A stretch of DNA of 64,000 nt. Origin: an uncultured bacterium. Its GTDB lineage: Bacteria; Planctomycetota; SZUA-567; JAKLDR01. The position numbers and the translations under genes were made by a program. The DNA lies in assembly GCA_965370045.1 (NCBI GenBank), contig CBDUSI010000006.1, positions 3,968-67,967 of the forward strand, given 5' to 3'. This document shows, piece by piece, positions 25,946 through 34,431 of the stretch (within the stretch, counting starts at the first letter, position 1; each line of letters starts with the position of its first letter). Below the pieces are notes generated by a model. The model searched no databases, was not told the origin of the DNA, and saw only the letters and a list, made by a program, of their open reading frames with translations.

Positions 25946-27058
25946 ATGAAGATCGACATAGGACAGACCGGCGAACACCAGCACGTAATCCTGAAGGACA
26001 ACGACGGAAAGACCCTGATCGAGGGCGTAGACTACGCCGGCCACGAGGCCGCCCACGCCCTGAACAACACCGAGGGGAGCATGATCCAGGCGGCTGCGCG
26101 GATCCTCGCCAACCGGGAGGCCTGCGCCAGGCTCGCCCCGATGCTCAAGGGAACGCTGGAAGAGATAACGGCCGGCATGAAGACGCCCCGCGCCGACGTC
26201 GTCGACGTCGTCGAGGACACGAGGCCCCGCGCCGGCAAGCTGGGCGACCTGGACAACCGCCAGGAGCTGGCGGGCCTGGCCGGCGACGTCGAGCTGGACA
26301 ACCAGACATGGGAGGACCTGAAGGACTGCGAGAAGGGAGGGCGCGTCCTGATCGTCGGCCCCAGCCCCAACGTGAAAGCGGACCTCGACGCCCTGGACCC
26401 GTTCGCGGTGTCACCGCGGATCCTGATGAACTTCGCTCCCCTGGCGGCCGGCGGTGACTACTGGGTACGCGGCGACGATGACTGGCTGAAATCGAAGAAG
26501 CTCCGGACCTTGACCGCGCAGATCGTTGGAGAGGTCCGTTCATGGGAGACTCCGCCGGTCGGCCTGATCGCCGAGGGCGGAAGCCCCTGGATGAAGAACG
26601 CTTTCCAGTGTCGCTTCACTTCCAACGTTCGGAACAAACCCGATCGGGATCCTTTCGAGCTGCTGGCCGGCCTGGGAATGCCGCGCGGGCTGGGCACCCT
26701 GGGGATGGCGGTAGGCCTGGCCGTGTGGGTGGGCGCCGGCGAGATCGTCCTGGCCGGCTGCGCGTTCGAGCCGCAAGAGGGGAGGATCCACTTCTACGAC
26801 GACGCGCCCGAAGGCGAGGCCGACTTTCAGGACCACGCCAACAGCGCCCAGGTGTTCCGGGATTTCTTCACTAACCTGGTGCGGACCGTGGAGCCGTGGC
26901 TTCAGAAGAGAGGGATCAAGCTGCGGTACACGGAGCCGAAGTGGAACGTGCAGCTGCGCGATAACCCGCCGAAGAATGCCCGCCGCGCCCTGGCCCAGCA
27001 GGAGCGCGACCTGGCCGACCAGGCGGCCGAGGCCGCGGCCGCCGAGGCCCCGAAGTGA
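25946..27058 (+). CDS. Hypothetical enzyme; C-terminal half resembles the DUF115 / MptE / GT42-sialyltransferase-like fold (F)
   Basis: GGGAGAG SD. GGRVLIVGPSPNVKADLDAL .. GLGTLGMAVGLAVWVGAGEIVLAGCAFEPQEGRIHFYDD resembles the nucleotide-sugar-binding core of DUF115/GT42. Weak, by eye only. Confidence 0.45.
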   Translation: MKIDIGQTGEHQHVILKDNDGKTLIEGVDYAGHEAAHALNNTEGSMIQAAARILANREACARLAPMLKGTLEEITAGMKTPRADVVDVVEDTRPRAGKLGDLDNRQELAGLAGDVELDNQTWEDLKDCEKGGRVLIVGPSPNVKADLDALDPFAVSPRILMNFAPLAAGGDYWVRGDDDWLKSKKLRTLTAQIVGEVRSWETPPVGLIAEGGSPWMKNAFQCRFTSNVRNKPDRDPFELLAGLGMPRGLGTLGMAVGLAVWVGAGEIVLAGCAFEPQEGRIHFYDDAPEGEADFQDHANSAQVFRDFFTNLVRTVEPWLQKRGIKLRYTEPKWNVQLRDNPPKNARRALAQQERDLADQAAEAAAAEAPK

Positions 27059-27957
27059 TCCGCGCCATTGACTTGTGCGCGGGCGCTGGCGGCTGGGTCT
27101 GCGCCGCGCGGGGCCTCGATGTCGAGATAGTCCTGGCCGTGGACCTGTGGGATGTGGCCTGCAAGACCTACGAGATCAACAACCCCGGGACGAGGGTGGT
27201 CCAGGGAGATCTCCGCGACCCGGAGATCCGCGAGCTCGTGGGGTCCTACGCTGGCCAGGTGGACCTTGTCCTGGGCGGGATCCCCTGCGAGTGGATAAGC
27301 GTCTACCGCAACGTCGCCGGGGGGGTGTCGGAGCCGGAGAAGGCCAGAGAAAGGGAAACCCTGGACTCCGTCCTTGATCTCCTCAAGGTGCTGTCGCCGC
27401 GGTGGTGGTGCCTGGAGGACGTGCGGGGACTGGTGAAGCAGCTCCCGATCTTCACCCCGTGGGTGGAGATCGACGCGGCGGAATACAGCGGCCAGCGCCG
27501 GAAGCGCATCTACGTCGGCGAGTTCCCCGCGCCGCGAGCGCGGGCGAGTTCCAAGCTGCTGGGTGACTACCTCCGCCCTGGTCCCTACCGGATAGGCAAG
27601 CGGACTTGGCTGTCCGAGGTCGTTACATCCTCCGCGTTTGCCGCCGACAAGTGCCATGGGCTGCGAGAGGAGCGGAAGTCCCTCACCGTCTGCTGCTGGT
27701 CCTCCAGGAGGGACAAAGAGGTGGCGGTCATCGATGACCGGTTGCCCGGAGGCAAACGGCAGGTCGAGTGGCAAGAGGCCGCGCGCCTTCAGGGCTTCCC
27801 GGAAGATTATCTCTTCTACGGTCCGCCCTCGGACGTGTGGACGATGATCGGGAGAGCCGTCCAGATCGACACCTGCCGGGCCATCCTGGAGGCCATCGTG
27901 AAGGAGAAAGCGGCCGCGGGGATCCCCGCGGAGTTCCAATCCGCAAATAGAGCATAA
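27055..27957 (+). CDS. DNA (cytosine-5)-methyltransferase, orphan (G)
   Basis: Motif I IDLCAGAGGW, IV GGIPCE, VI CLEDV, VIII QRRKR, IX RQVEWQEAARLQGFPEDY, X IGRAVQ. No adjacent endonuclease. Confidence 0.9.
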   Translation: MIRAIDLCAGAGGWVCAARGLDVEIVLAVDLWDVACKTYEINNPGTRVVQGDLRDPEIRELVGSYAGQVDLVLGGIPCEWISVYRNVAGGVSEPEKARERETLDSVLDLLKVLSPRWWCLEDVRGLVKQLPIFTPWVEIDAAEYSGQRRKRIYVGEFPAPRARASSKLLGDYLRPGPYRIGKRTWLSEVVTSSAFAADKCHGLREERKSLTVCCWSSRRDKEVAVIDDRLPGGKRQVEWQEAARLQGFPEDYLFYGPPSDVWTMIGRAVQIDTCRAILEAIVKEKAAAGIPAEFQSANRA

Positions 27958-28041
27958 TTTAGTGAACGCGAGGGGGCCTGGCTGCGTCCTGAGTATGCGC
28001 CGGTGAGCCAGCCAGGCTCCCGCCTTCGGGGGGAGGCACCT

Positions 28042-28335
28042 ATGCCGTACTTCTCTGCATCGAGCGACGTCCAGCTGCTACGCATGATGAAGCGCGACCC
28101 CGGGCGGGTGGTGGAGCTGATCCGGGGCGGCCAGGCTGTCCACAAGGACCACCTGGCCGAGCTGCGCCGGCTGCGCGGCCGGGTGGCCGGCCTGCAGCAG
28201 CAGAGAGCGAAGATCAAGGATCTACGTGGCCAGGTCGCTTGGCTGAGGGGGATCGTGGAGCGCCTGGCCGGCGGCCAGGCCAGGGGAGGGCGGGGGAGGG
28301 GTGTTAGGGAGATCCCCGGCGCAGCAGGGTCTTAA
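28042..28335 (+). CDS. Coiled-coil hypothetical protein (H)
   Basis: GGGAGG SD, 5 nt, ATG at 28042. HLAELRRLRGRVAGLQQQRAKIKDLRGQVAWLRGIVERL. Confidence 0.5.
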   Translation: MPYFSASSDVQLLRMMKRDPGRVVELIRGGQAVHKDHLAELRRLRGRVAGLQQQRAKIKDLRGQVAWLRGIVERLAGGQARGGRGRGVREIPGAAGS

Positions 28336-28507
28336 CGTCTTCCTTGATCTCGCCCACGTCGGCCTTCAGGTGGTCCACCGTGCTCTCTGTGCAGCCCTGG
28401 CGGTAGCGCAGATCTGCATAGGCCCCGCCGAGCGCTCCGACGATCCCCAGGGCCAGGAGGACCAGGCCTATCACTCGGAGCGTCCCGTTGCTTTCAGCCT
28501 TCGCCAT
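28304..28507 (-). CDS. Small single-TM protein (I), last gene of the minus-strand module
   Basis: AGGAGA SD. LRVIGLVLLALGIVGALGGAY TM helix, then a charged tail. Confidence 0.55.
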   Translation of the reverse strand: MAKAESNGTLRVIGLVLLALGIVGALGGAYADLRYRQGCTESTVDHLKADVGEIKEDVKTLLRRGSP

Positions 28508-28638
28508 TTCCAGGTCTCCTATGTCGGGCAGGGGTGAGATCGTCGCTCTGAGGCAATCCTGTGGCCAAGGAATCAGGCCCGTGGCCAGGCCCCGAACGAA
28601 AACAGGTGACTTGCGGCCGGGAGGGCATTCCAGGACTC

Positions 28639-29652
28639 CTACGCGACGGCCGCCGCGCGCCTCCCACGGGCCATTGTGCCGCCGCTGGCCGGCGTGTGAT
28701 TGATTTCTCCCTCGGTCAAGGTGCGCTGTGTGTCGCCGTCGCTCCCGAACTTCGCGCGGATCTTCGTGTAGCGGCCAATCCAGTCGGTCTCGGCCTGGAG
28801 GTTCGCCAGGGTGAGGTAGCTTGACCAGTTGGACGGGCTGGGCGTCTCACCGCAGGCGTAGGAGAACGTGATCCCGGAGGTGTCGCCGTTGAAGTCGATC
28901 GAGGACGCATCCCACGTCCCCGAAGCGTTGCCGTCGATGTCGACCAGCGTAGCGACGGGATCTCCGGTGGAGAAGCCAGCGTACCAGCGCCACTCTTTGA
29001 GTTCCATTAGCTTGACTGCATTGGGCGGTCGCCGCTGGGCCAGCCAGTAGAGGGTCGCGGGAAGATCAGTTACGCCGATGAGCCTAGCTACAACCTGCTC
29101 CGTGGCGTAGTCCCCCACCCCGCCCTGAATGGTGAGTTCAACTACGCGCGGATTTCCGGCCACATTATTCTTAATGTAGGCCCGGAACGTATACCACATC
29201 GTAGCGTCAAAAATAAAGTCGTAGTAGGCGTCCGGTACTGCGGCTGAAAAATAGCCCGTCATGCTGAGGTACACAGTGCTCTGCCTATAAACCCTAATAT
29301 CAAGCCCCGTTATCAAAACTTTTGCAGCGTCCATCCCCACGACACTACTACCGGCAGAGGGCGTTAAGCCCCGCTCTTTCCATTCGAAATACCCCAGCGC
29401 CCGACTGACACCCGCACTGCGTGCTATCCCGTTGGCTCCCCAGTTGCCGTTGCCATTGAGGCTGACCACGCCACCGGCCAGATTCACGTTGCCGCCCGAG
29501 TCCGTTTCGTCCCAGGCCGACAGGTCGGCGAAGTCGTCAGTCTCGACGTTGAGGTACTTGAGCTGGATCCGGGCATCGTCGCTCCCGGCGACGTAGCCCA
29601 GGAGGTCCGGGTCAGAGAAGGACGCGCCGGCCAGCTCGATGCGCTGACTCAC
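28639..29652 (-). CDS. Fibre/spike-like protein with a concanavalin/LamG-like beta-sandwich region (J)
   Basis: GGAGG SD plus GTG at 29652. Gly/Asn-rich GGNVNLAGGVVSLNGNGNWGANG, beta-rich. The central part (about 29160-29340) is visibly AT-richer. Confidence 0.6.
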   Translation of the reverse strand: MSQRIELAGASFSDPDLLGYVAGSDDARIQLKYLNVETDDFADLSAWDETDSGGNVNLAGGVVSLNGNGNWGANGIARSAGVSRALGYFEWKERGLTPSAGSSVVGMDAAKVLITGLDIRVYRQSTVYLSMTGYFSAAVPDAYYDFIFDATMWYTFRAYIKNNVAGNPRVVELTIQGGVGDYATEQVVARLIGVTDLPATLYWLAQRRPPNAVKLMELKEWRWYAGFSTGDPVATLVDIDGNASGTWDASSIDFNGDTSGITFSYACGETPSPSNWSSYLTLANLQAETDWIGRYTKIRAKFGSDGDTQRTLTEGEINHTPASGGTMARGRRAAAVA

Positions 29653-29655
29653 CGG

Positions 29656-30096
29656 TCAGGCCTCCGGAGCTGGCTCGGGGTACTCTCCGGCCTTGGCCCG
29701 GCGATCCCACTCCAGGGCGACGTGCCGGTATCCTTCGGCCAGGCGGGCCAGGTCCTCGCCCTGGGCGGCGGAGAAGCCCGCCAGGGTCAGCTCGTCGGCG
29801 CTGACAGCACGATCGGGGGCCGCGGAGCCTTCTCCCGGCCGCGGCCCGAAGAGCCAGCCCTTGAGGTCGCCACCGTAGAGAACGTAATTCTTCGCGTGCA
29901 GGACGGCGGCCGGCTCCATGCCTACGACGGCCACGCGGATCCGGTCTTGCGCGCCGGCGATCGTCTCCAGGATCTTCGCCATTGTCCGGTAGCCGGCGGT
30001 CACGTCTTCGGGCAGCTCGCGCACCAGGGCGGCGGCCGCGTCGTAGCTGGGGATCTCTTTGGGGGAGAGCCACGAGAAGGGATTCCAGAAGGTCAT
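29656..30096 (-). CDS. Hypothetical protein (K)
   Basis: AGGAG SD, ATG at 30096. Its stop lies 3 nt before the J start. Confidence 0.55.
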   Translation of the reverse strand: MTFWNPFSWLSPKEIPSYDAAAALVRELPEDVTAGYRTMAKILETIAGAQDRIRVAVVGMEPAAVLHAKNYVLYGGDLKGWLFGPRPGEGSAAPDRAVSADELTLAGFSAAQGEDLARLAEGYRHVALEWDRRAKAGEYPEPAPEA

Positions 30097-30105
30097 GCGC
30101 GGCTC

Positions 30106-30789
30106 CTATCCTACGTCGTGGCCGGCGACGAACCAGGGGTTGGCTCCCATGGCGGGCTTCGGGACAAGGTCGCTATTGGGGATGGCGAAGGAAAAGTGAT
30201 CAGCCGCGGACTGAAAGGTCAGCTCCAAGTAGATCTGGAAGCCATAGACCGTCCCCCCCATGTTCTCCTGGTAGGTGCGGCGCGTGTTCATCAGCGACGG
30301 GTACATGTAGTAATTTCCGCCCGCCGAGTAAGACCCGCTGACCTTGCAGATCGTCTCGGCCACGTCGGAGCCCTTGGCCAGCCCGGCGATGTCGTTCCAG
30401 ACCAGGGCGGACGTGTCGAAGTCCTCCTTGATGGGGACGGTATGAAGAATCGCCTTAACCCACCCACTGCCGCCCGCGGTGAAGCTCCACCCGGCTCCGT
30501 TGGCCGGCTCCCGGCAGAAGGCGGACATGTGCCCGGATACGAACTTCGCCGGCTGCGCCAGGTGCAGGAAAGTGTCGTACCGCCTGTTCGCCGACCCGGG
30601 GATGCCAGACCCGGTGGCCCGGAGCTCCATCTGGTGGTCGTGATTCACCGTCGGGTTGTGCTCGTCGCACCAGCAATAGTCGTCGATGCCTACGAGCTTC
30701 GACCAGGCCCAGCCGGAGGCGGCCAGCTCCCCGCCGGTGTCGCTCACCGCGACAGACTCGGCGAACTCCCTCCTGCCCCGCGCCCCCAC
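30106..30789 (-). CDS. Beta-rich hypothetical protein (L)
   Basis: GTG at 30789, just after the stop of M. The upstream part of track ORF 30106..31014 overlaps M in another frame. WAWSKLVGIDDYCWCDEHNP..GGTVYGFQIYLELTFQ. Confidence 0.55.
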   Translation of the reverse strand: MGARGRREFAESVAVSDTGGELAASGWAWSKLVGIDDYCWCDEHNPTVNHDHQMELRATGSGIPGSANRRYDTFLHLAQPAKFVSGHMSAFCREPANGAGWSFTAGGSGWVKAILHTVPIKEDFDTSALVWNDIAGLAKGSDVAETICKVSGSYSAGGNYYMYPSLMNTRRTYQENMGGTVYGFQIYLELTFQSAADHFSFAIPNSDLVPKPAMGANPWFVAGHDVG

Positions 30790-30797
30790 GGCGGCGC

Positions 30798-31106
30798 CTA
30801 CCCGCCCAGCTCCGCGTAGCGCACGTCGGCGGTGGAGCTGGCGGCAATGACATACAGGTCCGTGTCCGGCCCCAGGTCTATGATGTCGCTGGCGCCGGCG
30901 GCCACCTCGATCCCGTTGGCGCTGGTTACCCCGCTGTTGCCCCAGTAGATGGCCACGGCCCCCAGGTTCTGGATCCGGATCATTCGCCGGCCCTTCGACG
31001 CCGTGGCCGGGCACTTGCCGGCCGTCGTCGTTGCCGTGACCGTGCCGTGGGCGAGGATCTTCTTCAGCGGGGCAAGCTCGATGCTGTCAGCGTCGAAAGG
31101 ATCCAT
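30798..31106 (-). CDS. Small beta-rich hypothetical protein (M)
   Basis: GGAGAAGGA SD. IQNLGAVAIYWGNSGVTSANGIEVAAGASDIIDLG. Confidence 0.55.
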   Translation of the reverse strand: MDPFDADSIELAPLKKILAHGTVTATTTAGKCPATASKGRRMIRIQNLGAVAIYWGNSGVTSANGIEVAAGASDIIDLGPDTDLYVIAASSTADVRYAELGG

Positions 31107-31107
31107 G

Positions 31108-31488
31108 CTAGAGTTCCTTCTCCCAGATCACGCCCTTGAAGCGGCCCTTGGCCGTGGTGCTCCCGGAGCTGAGCTTGGCCTGGAGGGAAACCTTGTTGCC
31201 GGCCTCGATGGGGATCCAGACCTCTTCCAGCTCGTTGGCGCGGAAGCCTCCGAGGATCGCTTTGATCCCGTCCGGATAGTCGGGCACCGGAGAGCCGTCC
31301 TTGAGCAGGCGCAGGGAGAGGTTGACCTGGTCCTCGTCGTCGCAGTCGAAGCCCCAGGCGCGGATCCGTCCCTGACAACCTCCGGGACATTTGTACTCGA
31401 TTACGACCTTCCAGGTGGTGCCCACGCTGACGCCCACGGCGTGCGGCCCGAGGGAGCGCTGCTCTCTCCCCATGCGCTTGTCGGTCAT
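31108..31488 (-). CDS. Beta-rich hypothetical protein (N)
   Basis: AGGAGG SD, 7 nt, ATG. Its stop lies 1 nt before the M start. Confidence 0.6.
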   Translation of the reverse strand: MTDKRMGREQRSLGPHAVGVSVGTTWKVVIEYKCPGGCQGRIRAWGFDCDDEDQVNLSLRLLKDGSPVPDYPDGIKAILGGFRANELEEVWIPIEAGNKVSLQAKLSSGSTTAKGRFKGVIWEKEL

Positions 31489-31499
31489 CGTGGAACCTC

Positions 31500-32231
31500 C
31501 TAGAGCGCGTAGAGCCAGCCGAAGAGGTAGAAGTAGATCGCGTTGGTGGACCCGGAGAGGTCGGCCAGCTCGATCCTCAGCGTCTCGTCGTCGGCCAGGT
31601 GCAGGGGCACCGACAGCGGGAAGGGCTGGCCCAGCGTTCCCGAGCAGGCCGCGCCGTACAGCGGACCGCCGGACAGGAAGCCCCGCCGGCTGTGCTTCAG
31701 CCGGTAGGTGAAGGCGTCCGAGGTCACCGAACGGGTGATGCCCACGCCCTCGAAGCGGTAGCCGGCCGGGGCCTGCACCCGCCCGCTGGAATGGCCGTTG
31801 GCGCTGACCGACTTATAGAGCCCCATCCAGCAGGGTTCGCGGCCCAGCTCGTAGCGGTCGGGCACGCCGTCGAGCTCCACTCCGTGCAGGTTGAGGCGCA
31901 CGGTGTTGGCAGCTCCGGACGTGGACCGGCCGAAGAGGCGCAGCCGGCTCCCGGGCCTTACATACCAGGGCTGGTCCAGCACCAGGGGCTCGGCCCCCGT
32001 GCCGGCCATGCAGTCGGGGACAACTCCGCGGTTGTCGTCGCTGTCGGCCTCCACGATTGCGAGCTGCTCGTTGAAGCCGCTGGCGTTGATCGGCCGGCAG
32101 ACCGCCGAGTTGCTGGTGCGGTCCTTGGTGAGCGCGTCCACGCGCAGCCACCTGGACGGCGAGGTCTGCTTGTCGATCAGGTTGCCGTCCGCCGCGTGGG
32201 CGTTCTGTAGCTCAAGCGTGAAGTTCTTCAT
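31500..32231 (-). CDS. Beta-rich hypothetical protein, capsid-like candidate (O)
   Basis: 243 aa, no TM, alternating hydrophobic pattern, ends ..AIYFYLFGWLYAL. No family recognised. Confidence 0.6.
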   Translation of the reverse strand: MKNFTLELQNAHAADGNLIDKQTSPSRWLRVDALTKDRTSNSAVCRPINASGFNEQLAIVEADSDDNRGVVPDCMAGTGAEPLVLDQPWYVRPGSRLRLFGRSTSGAANTVRLNLHGVELDGVPDRYELGREPCWMGLYKSVSANGHSSGRVQAPAGYRFEGVGITRSVTSDAFTYRLKHSRRGFLSGGPLYGAACSGTLGQPFPLSVPLHLADDETLRIELADLSGSTNAIYFYLFGWLYAL

Positions 32232-32257
32232 TCTCGAGATCTCCGCCAGGCGGCCGC

Positions 32258-32283
32258 CCCGGGGAGGCGGGGGCCTCCCCGGG
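32258..32283 (-). promoter_or_regulatory. Perfect 11-bp GC stem-loop between genes P and O (attenuator / mRNA-stabiliser candidate)
   Basis: CCCGGGGAGGC-GGGG-GCCTCCCCGGG, with no following U-tract on the minus-strand transcript. Confidence 0.5.
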
Positions 32284-32313
32284 ACTTCGCCGTTGCCGAT
32301 GGGGGTAACGCGC

Positions 32314-32913
32314 TCAGCCGGCGATGGCGCCCTGGTCCTCGAAGCCCCGGCCCGTCCAGGTCACGTCGAGGGTGTTGCCGGTGGTCAGGGCCATGATGGT
32401 TTCCAGCTTGAGCTGGACCTTCCACTTGATGGCCTTGCCGTGGCCACCCTCGCCCTTGCCGCGGGCGTCCATCTCGATCGGGGGATCGAACTGCTGCATC
32501 GAGTCGGGGTCGGGCGAGCCCAGCGTGCCCCAGAGGTCCCGGCCGGCGGTGACCAGGTCCTGGCTCTCGACCATCAGCCCGCTGCCGCCGGGGAAGTCAC
32601 GCACCGGGCACCAGGGCAGGACCGGGAACCCGTCGACCTCGATCTGGAAGAGCGCGCCGTTGAATATCTTGATCAGCGCGTCGCGCACGTCGGCGGGCGT
32701 CGAGGAGAGCCCGATCTGCCAGCCGCACCCGTCCAGGCGCTGATACCAGCCCGGGGGGGTCTCGCCCTTCTCGGTGAGGTTGGTGTCCCAGTCGTCGTAA
32801 GTGCCGTCGTCGTTGCTGCCGGCCCCCACGAAGGTGATAGGGGTCGTCGCCGCCTGCGTGGCGGTGAGCTGCCGGCGGAAGAAAGGCCTCCAGGCCAATT
32901 GTCTCTGTGCCAT
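32314..32913 (-). CDS. Beta-rich hypothetical protein, capsid-like candidate (P)
   Basis: GGAGGA SD, 6 nt, ATG at 32913 (MAQRQLAWRPFFRR..). Followed by the strong stem-loop. No TM. Confidence 0.6.
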   Translation of the reverse strand: MAQRQLAWRPFFRRQLTATQAATTPITFVGAGSNDDGTYDDWDTNLTEKGETPPGWYQRLDGCGWQIGLSSTPADVRDALIKIFNGALFQIEVDGFPVLPWCPVRDFPGGSGLMVESQDLVTAGRDLWGTLGSPDPDSMQQFDPPIEMDARGKGEGGHGKAIKWKVQLKLETIMALTTGNTLDVTWTGRGFEDQGAIAG

Positions 32914-32974
32914 GCTCTGTCCTCCTGTCAAAGATTCTCAGAGGCGGTCTCTCCGCCGCCAGGTCGTTTTGCTA

Positions 32975-33610
32975 TCAGGCCCAGCGCCGGTTCCGGCCCC
33001 AGGTCCCCCGGCCGACGCCGGCCAGGTCATCCACCACCCGGCCCACGCCGGCCGTCGCGCCACTTGCCGCCGGAGCCGCGATCTGCGGCCGGAGCACGTC
33101 CTGGATCTTGGGGCTGACGTGCTGCTTGAACAGCGTGGCCAGCAGCAGCGCCCCGCCGCCGGCCAGCACGTAGCCGGCCTTGTTGGCGTCGAGCAGCTTG
33201 ATCCGCTTGGCCGCGTAGACCCCGCCGACCAGCAGCCCCAGGGCAACCAGGTCCCCGGAGATGGCCTCCCACTTGATGGTGGGCCACTTGGCCTTGAGGT
33301 AGGGGATCAGCCGGGTCATGACCTCGCGGACCGCGACGATCCCGCCGCCGGCCAGCGCCGCCTGCCCCAGGCGCTTGACCACCTTGGCGACCATGTCCCG
33401 CCGGCCGACCTTCCGGCCGATCTTGCTCTTCGGCCGGCGCGCGGCGATCCTCGACTTCTGGGCCTTCCTGGCGCCGCGGGACTTCTTGCGCTTGGTCTTG
33501 CTCTTGCTGGGGCTCTTCCAGCTCCGCGCCGCCTGTTTCATGGTCGCCCCGGCGTTCATTTCCCGCTGGACGTGCCGGTTGTAGGCGCTCAGTTTCTTCT
33601 TCTTGGCCAT
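32975..33610 (-). CDS. Membrane protein with a highly basic N-terminal putative DNA-binding region (Q)
   Basis: GGAGG SD, ATG at 33610. MAKKKKLSAYNRHVQREM.., then about 60 aa of K/R-rich sequence, then 2-3 hydrophobic helices. Confidence 0.6.
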   Translation of the reverse strand: MAKKKKLSAYNRHVQREMNAGATMKQAARSWKSPSKSKTKRKKSRGARKAQKSRIAARRPKSKIGRKVGRRDMVAKVVKRLGQAALAGGGIVAVREVMTRLIPYLKAKWPTIKWEAISGDLVALGLLVGGVYAAKRIKLLDANKAGYVLAGGGALLLATLFKQHVSPKIQDVLRPQIAAPAASGATAGVGRVVDDLAGVGRGTWGRNRRWA

Positions 33611-33749
33611 CTCTCGTGCCTCCTGCGCTCCCAATGAAAAAGCGGGGGGCCGGGAGCTGTCTCAGCTCCCCCACCGCCCCGCCCGCGGGCGACCTGTCAG
33701 GCTGTCAGATCCCGGCCGAAGGAGCTACCCAGGCCGGTCCGCATTCCTC

Positions 33750-34394
33750 CTACGCTTGCCCCGCTTTCGCTTTCGCGTGGCGGAGCCTCATTTCGTCTTC
33801 ACTGATCGGCGAGCTTCCCAGTTCCGTGTTCATGGCCGCGCCGAAGCCGGTTCCCATGCGGTCCGCCGCGCGGGAGACCACTCCGAAAGCGCGCTTCCAG
33901 CCGGAGCCCTTCTTGAGGACAACGCCGGTGAGGAGACTCAAGGCCAGGTTGCCGACCAGGGAGGCCCACGCCAGGAAGTTCTTCTTGCGGAGATCTCCGG
34001 CCAGCTGCGCTACCTTCTTCGCGCGCTGCATGGCCCCGTCGATCCTCGCATGGACGGACTGCACCCGCGCGGCATTCTCCGCGGCGAGCTGCCCGGCCTC
34101 GGCCACGATATCCAGGGCCTTCAGCGCGTCGATCTTCCCGGCCGCGGCGTCGGCCTTCACCTGGCGGATCCGGGTGGCGATTGACTTCCCGGCCTCCACC
34201 AGGCCCGCCAGCTCATCCCCCAGCTCGGCGAGCTGCTCGGCCAGGGCCGCGCCCTCTACCTTGGCCTCGTCGTAGAGCCCCTGTTCCTCTTCGCTGAGCT
34301 GCGTACAGCCCACGAAAAGAAGGACACTGCCCGCCAGCATGGCCAGGGTAAGCCACGGGCGGCCCCTCAGCGCTCTTCGCATGGTGGTCAGCAC
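33750..34394 (-). CDS. Lipoprotein-like coiled-coil membrane protein (R)
   Basis: GGAGGG SD plus GTG at 34394. Signal ..LAMLAGSVLLFVGC (lipobox-like). Ala/Glu coiled coil. One TM near the C-terminus. Confidence 0.6.
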   Translation of the reverse strand: MLTTMRRALRGRPWLTLAMLAGSVLLFVGCTQLSEEEQGLYDEAKVEGAALAEQLAELGDELAGLVEAGKSIATRIRQVKADAAAGKIDALKALDIVAEAGQLAAENAARVQSVHARIDGAMQRAKKVAQLAGDLRKKNFLAWASLVGNLALSLLTGVVLKKGSGWKRAFGVVSRAADRMGTGFGAAMNTELGSSPISEDEMRLRHAKAKAGQA

Positions 34395-34431
34395 GGTATG
34401 GCCCTCCAGTTTCCGCGTCGCCCTGCGGCGA

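Noticed and set aside
25946-27058. HQHVIL near the N-terminus of protein F as an HUH rolling-circle Rep motif
   Set aside because: The central residue is polar. The motif lies at residues 11-13 with no upstream motif I, and there is no downstream catalytic YxxK motif.
27979-28018. 9-bp stem (GCCTGGCTG ... CAGCCAGGC) after the methyltransferase gene as a terminator
   Set aside because: The loop is about 22 nt and there is no U-tract. It is not convincing as an intrinsic terminator.
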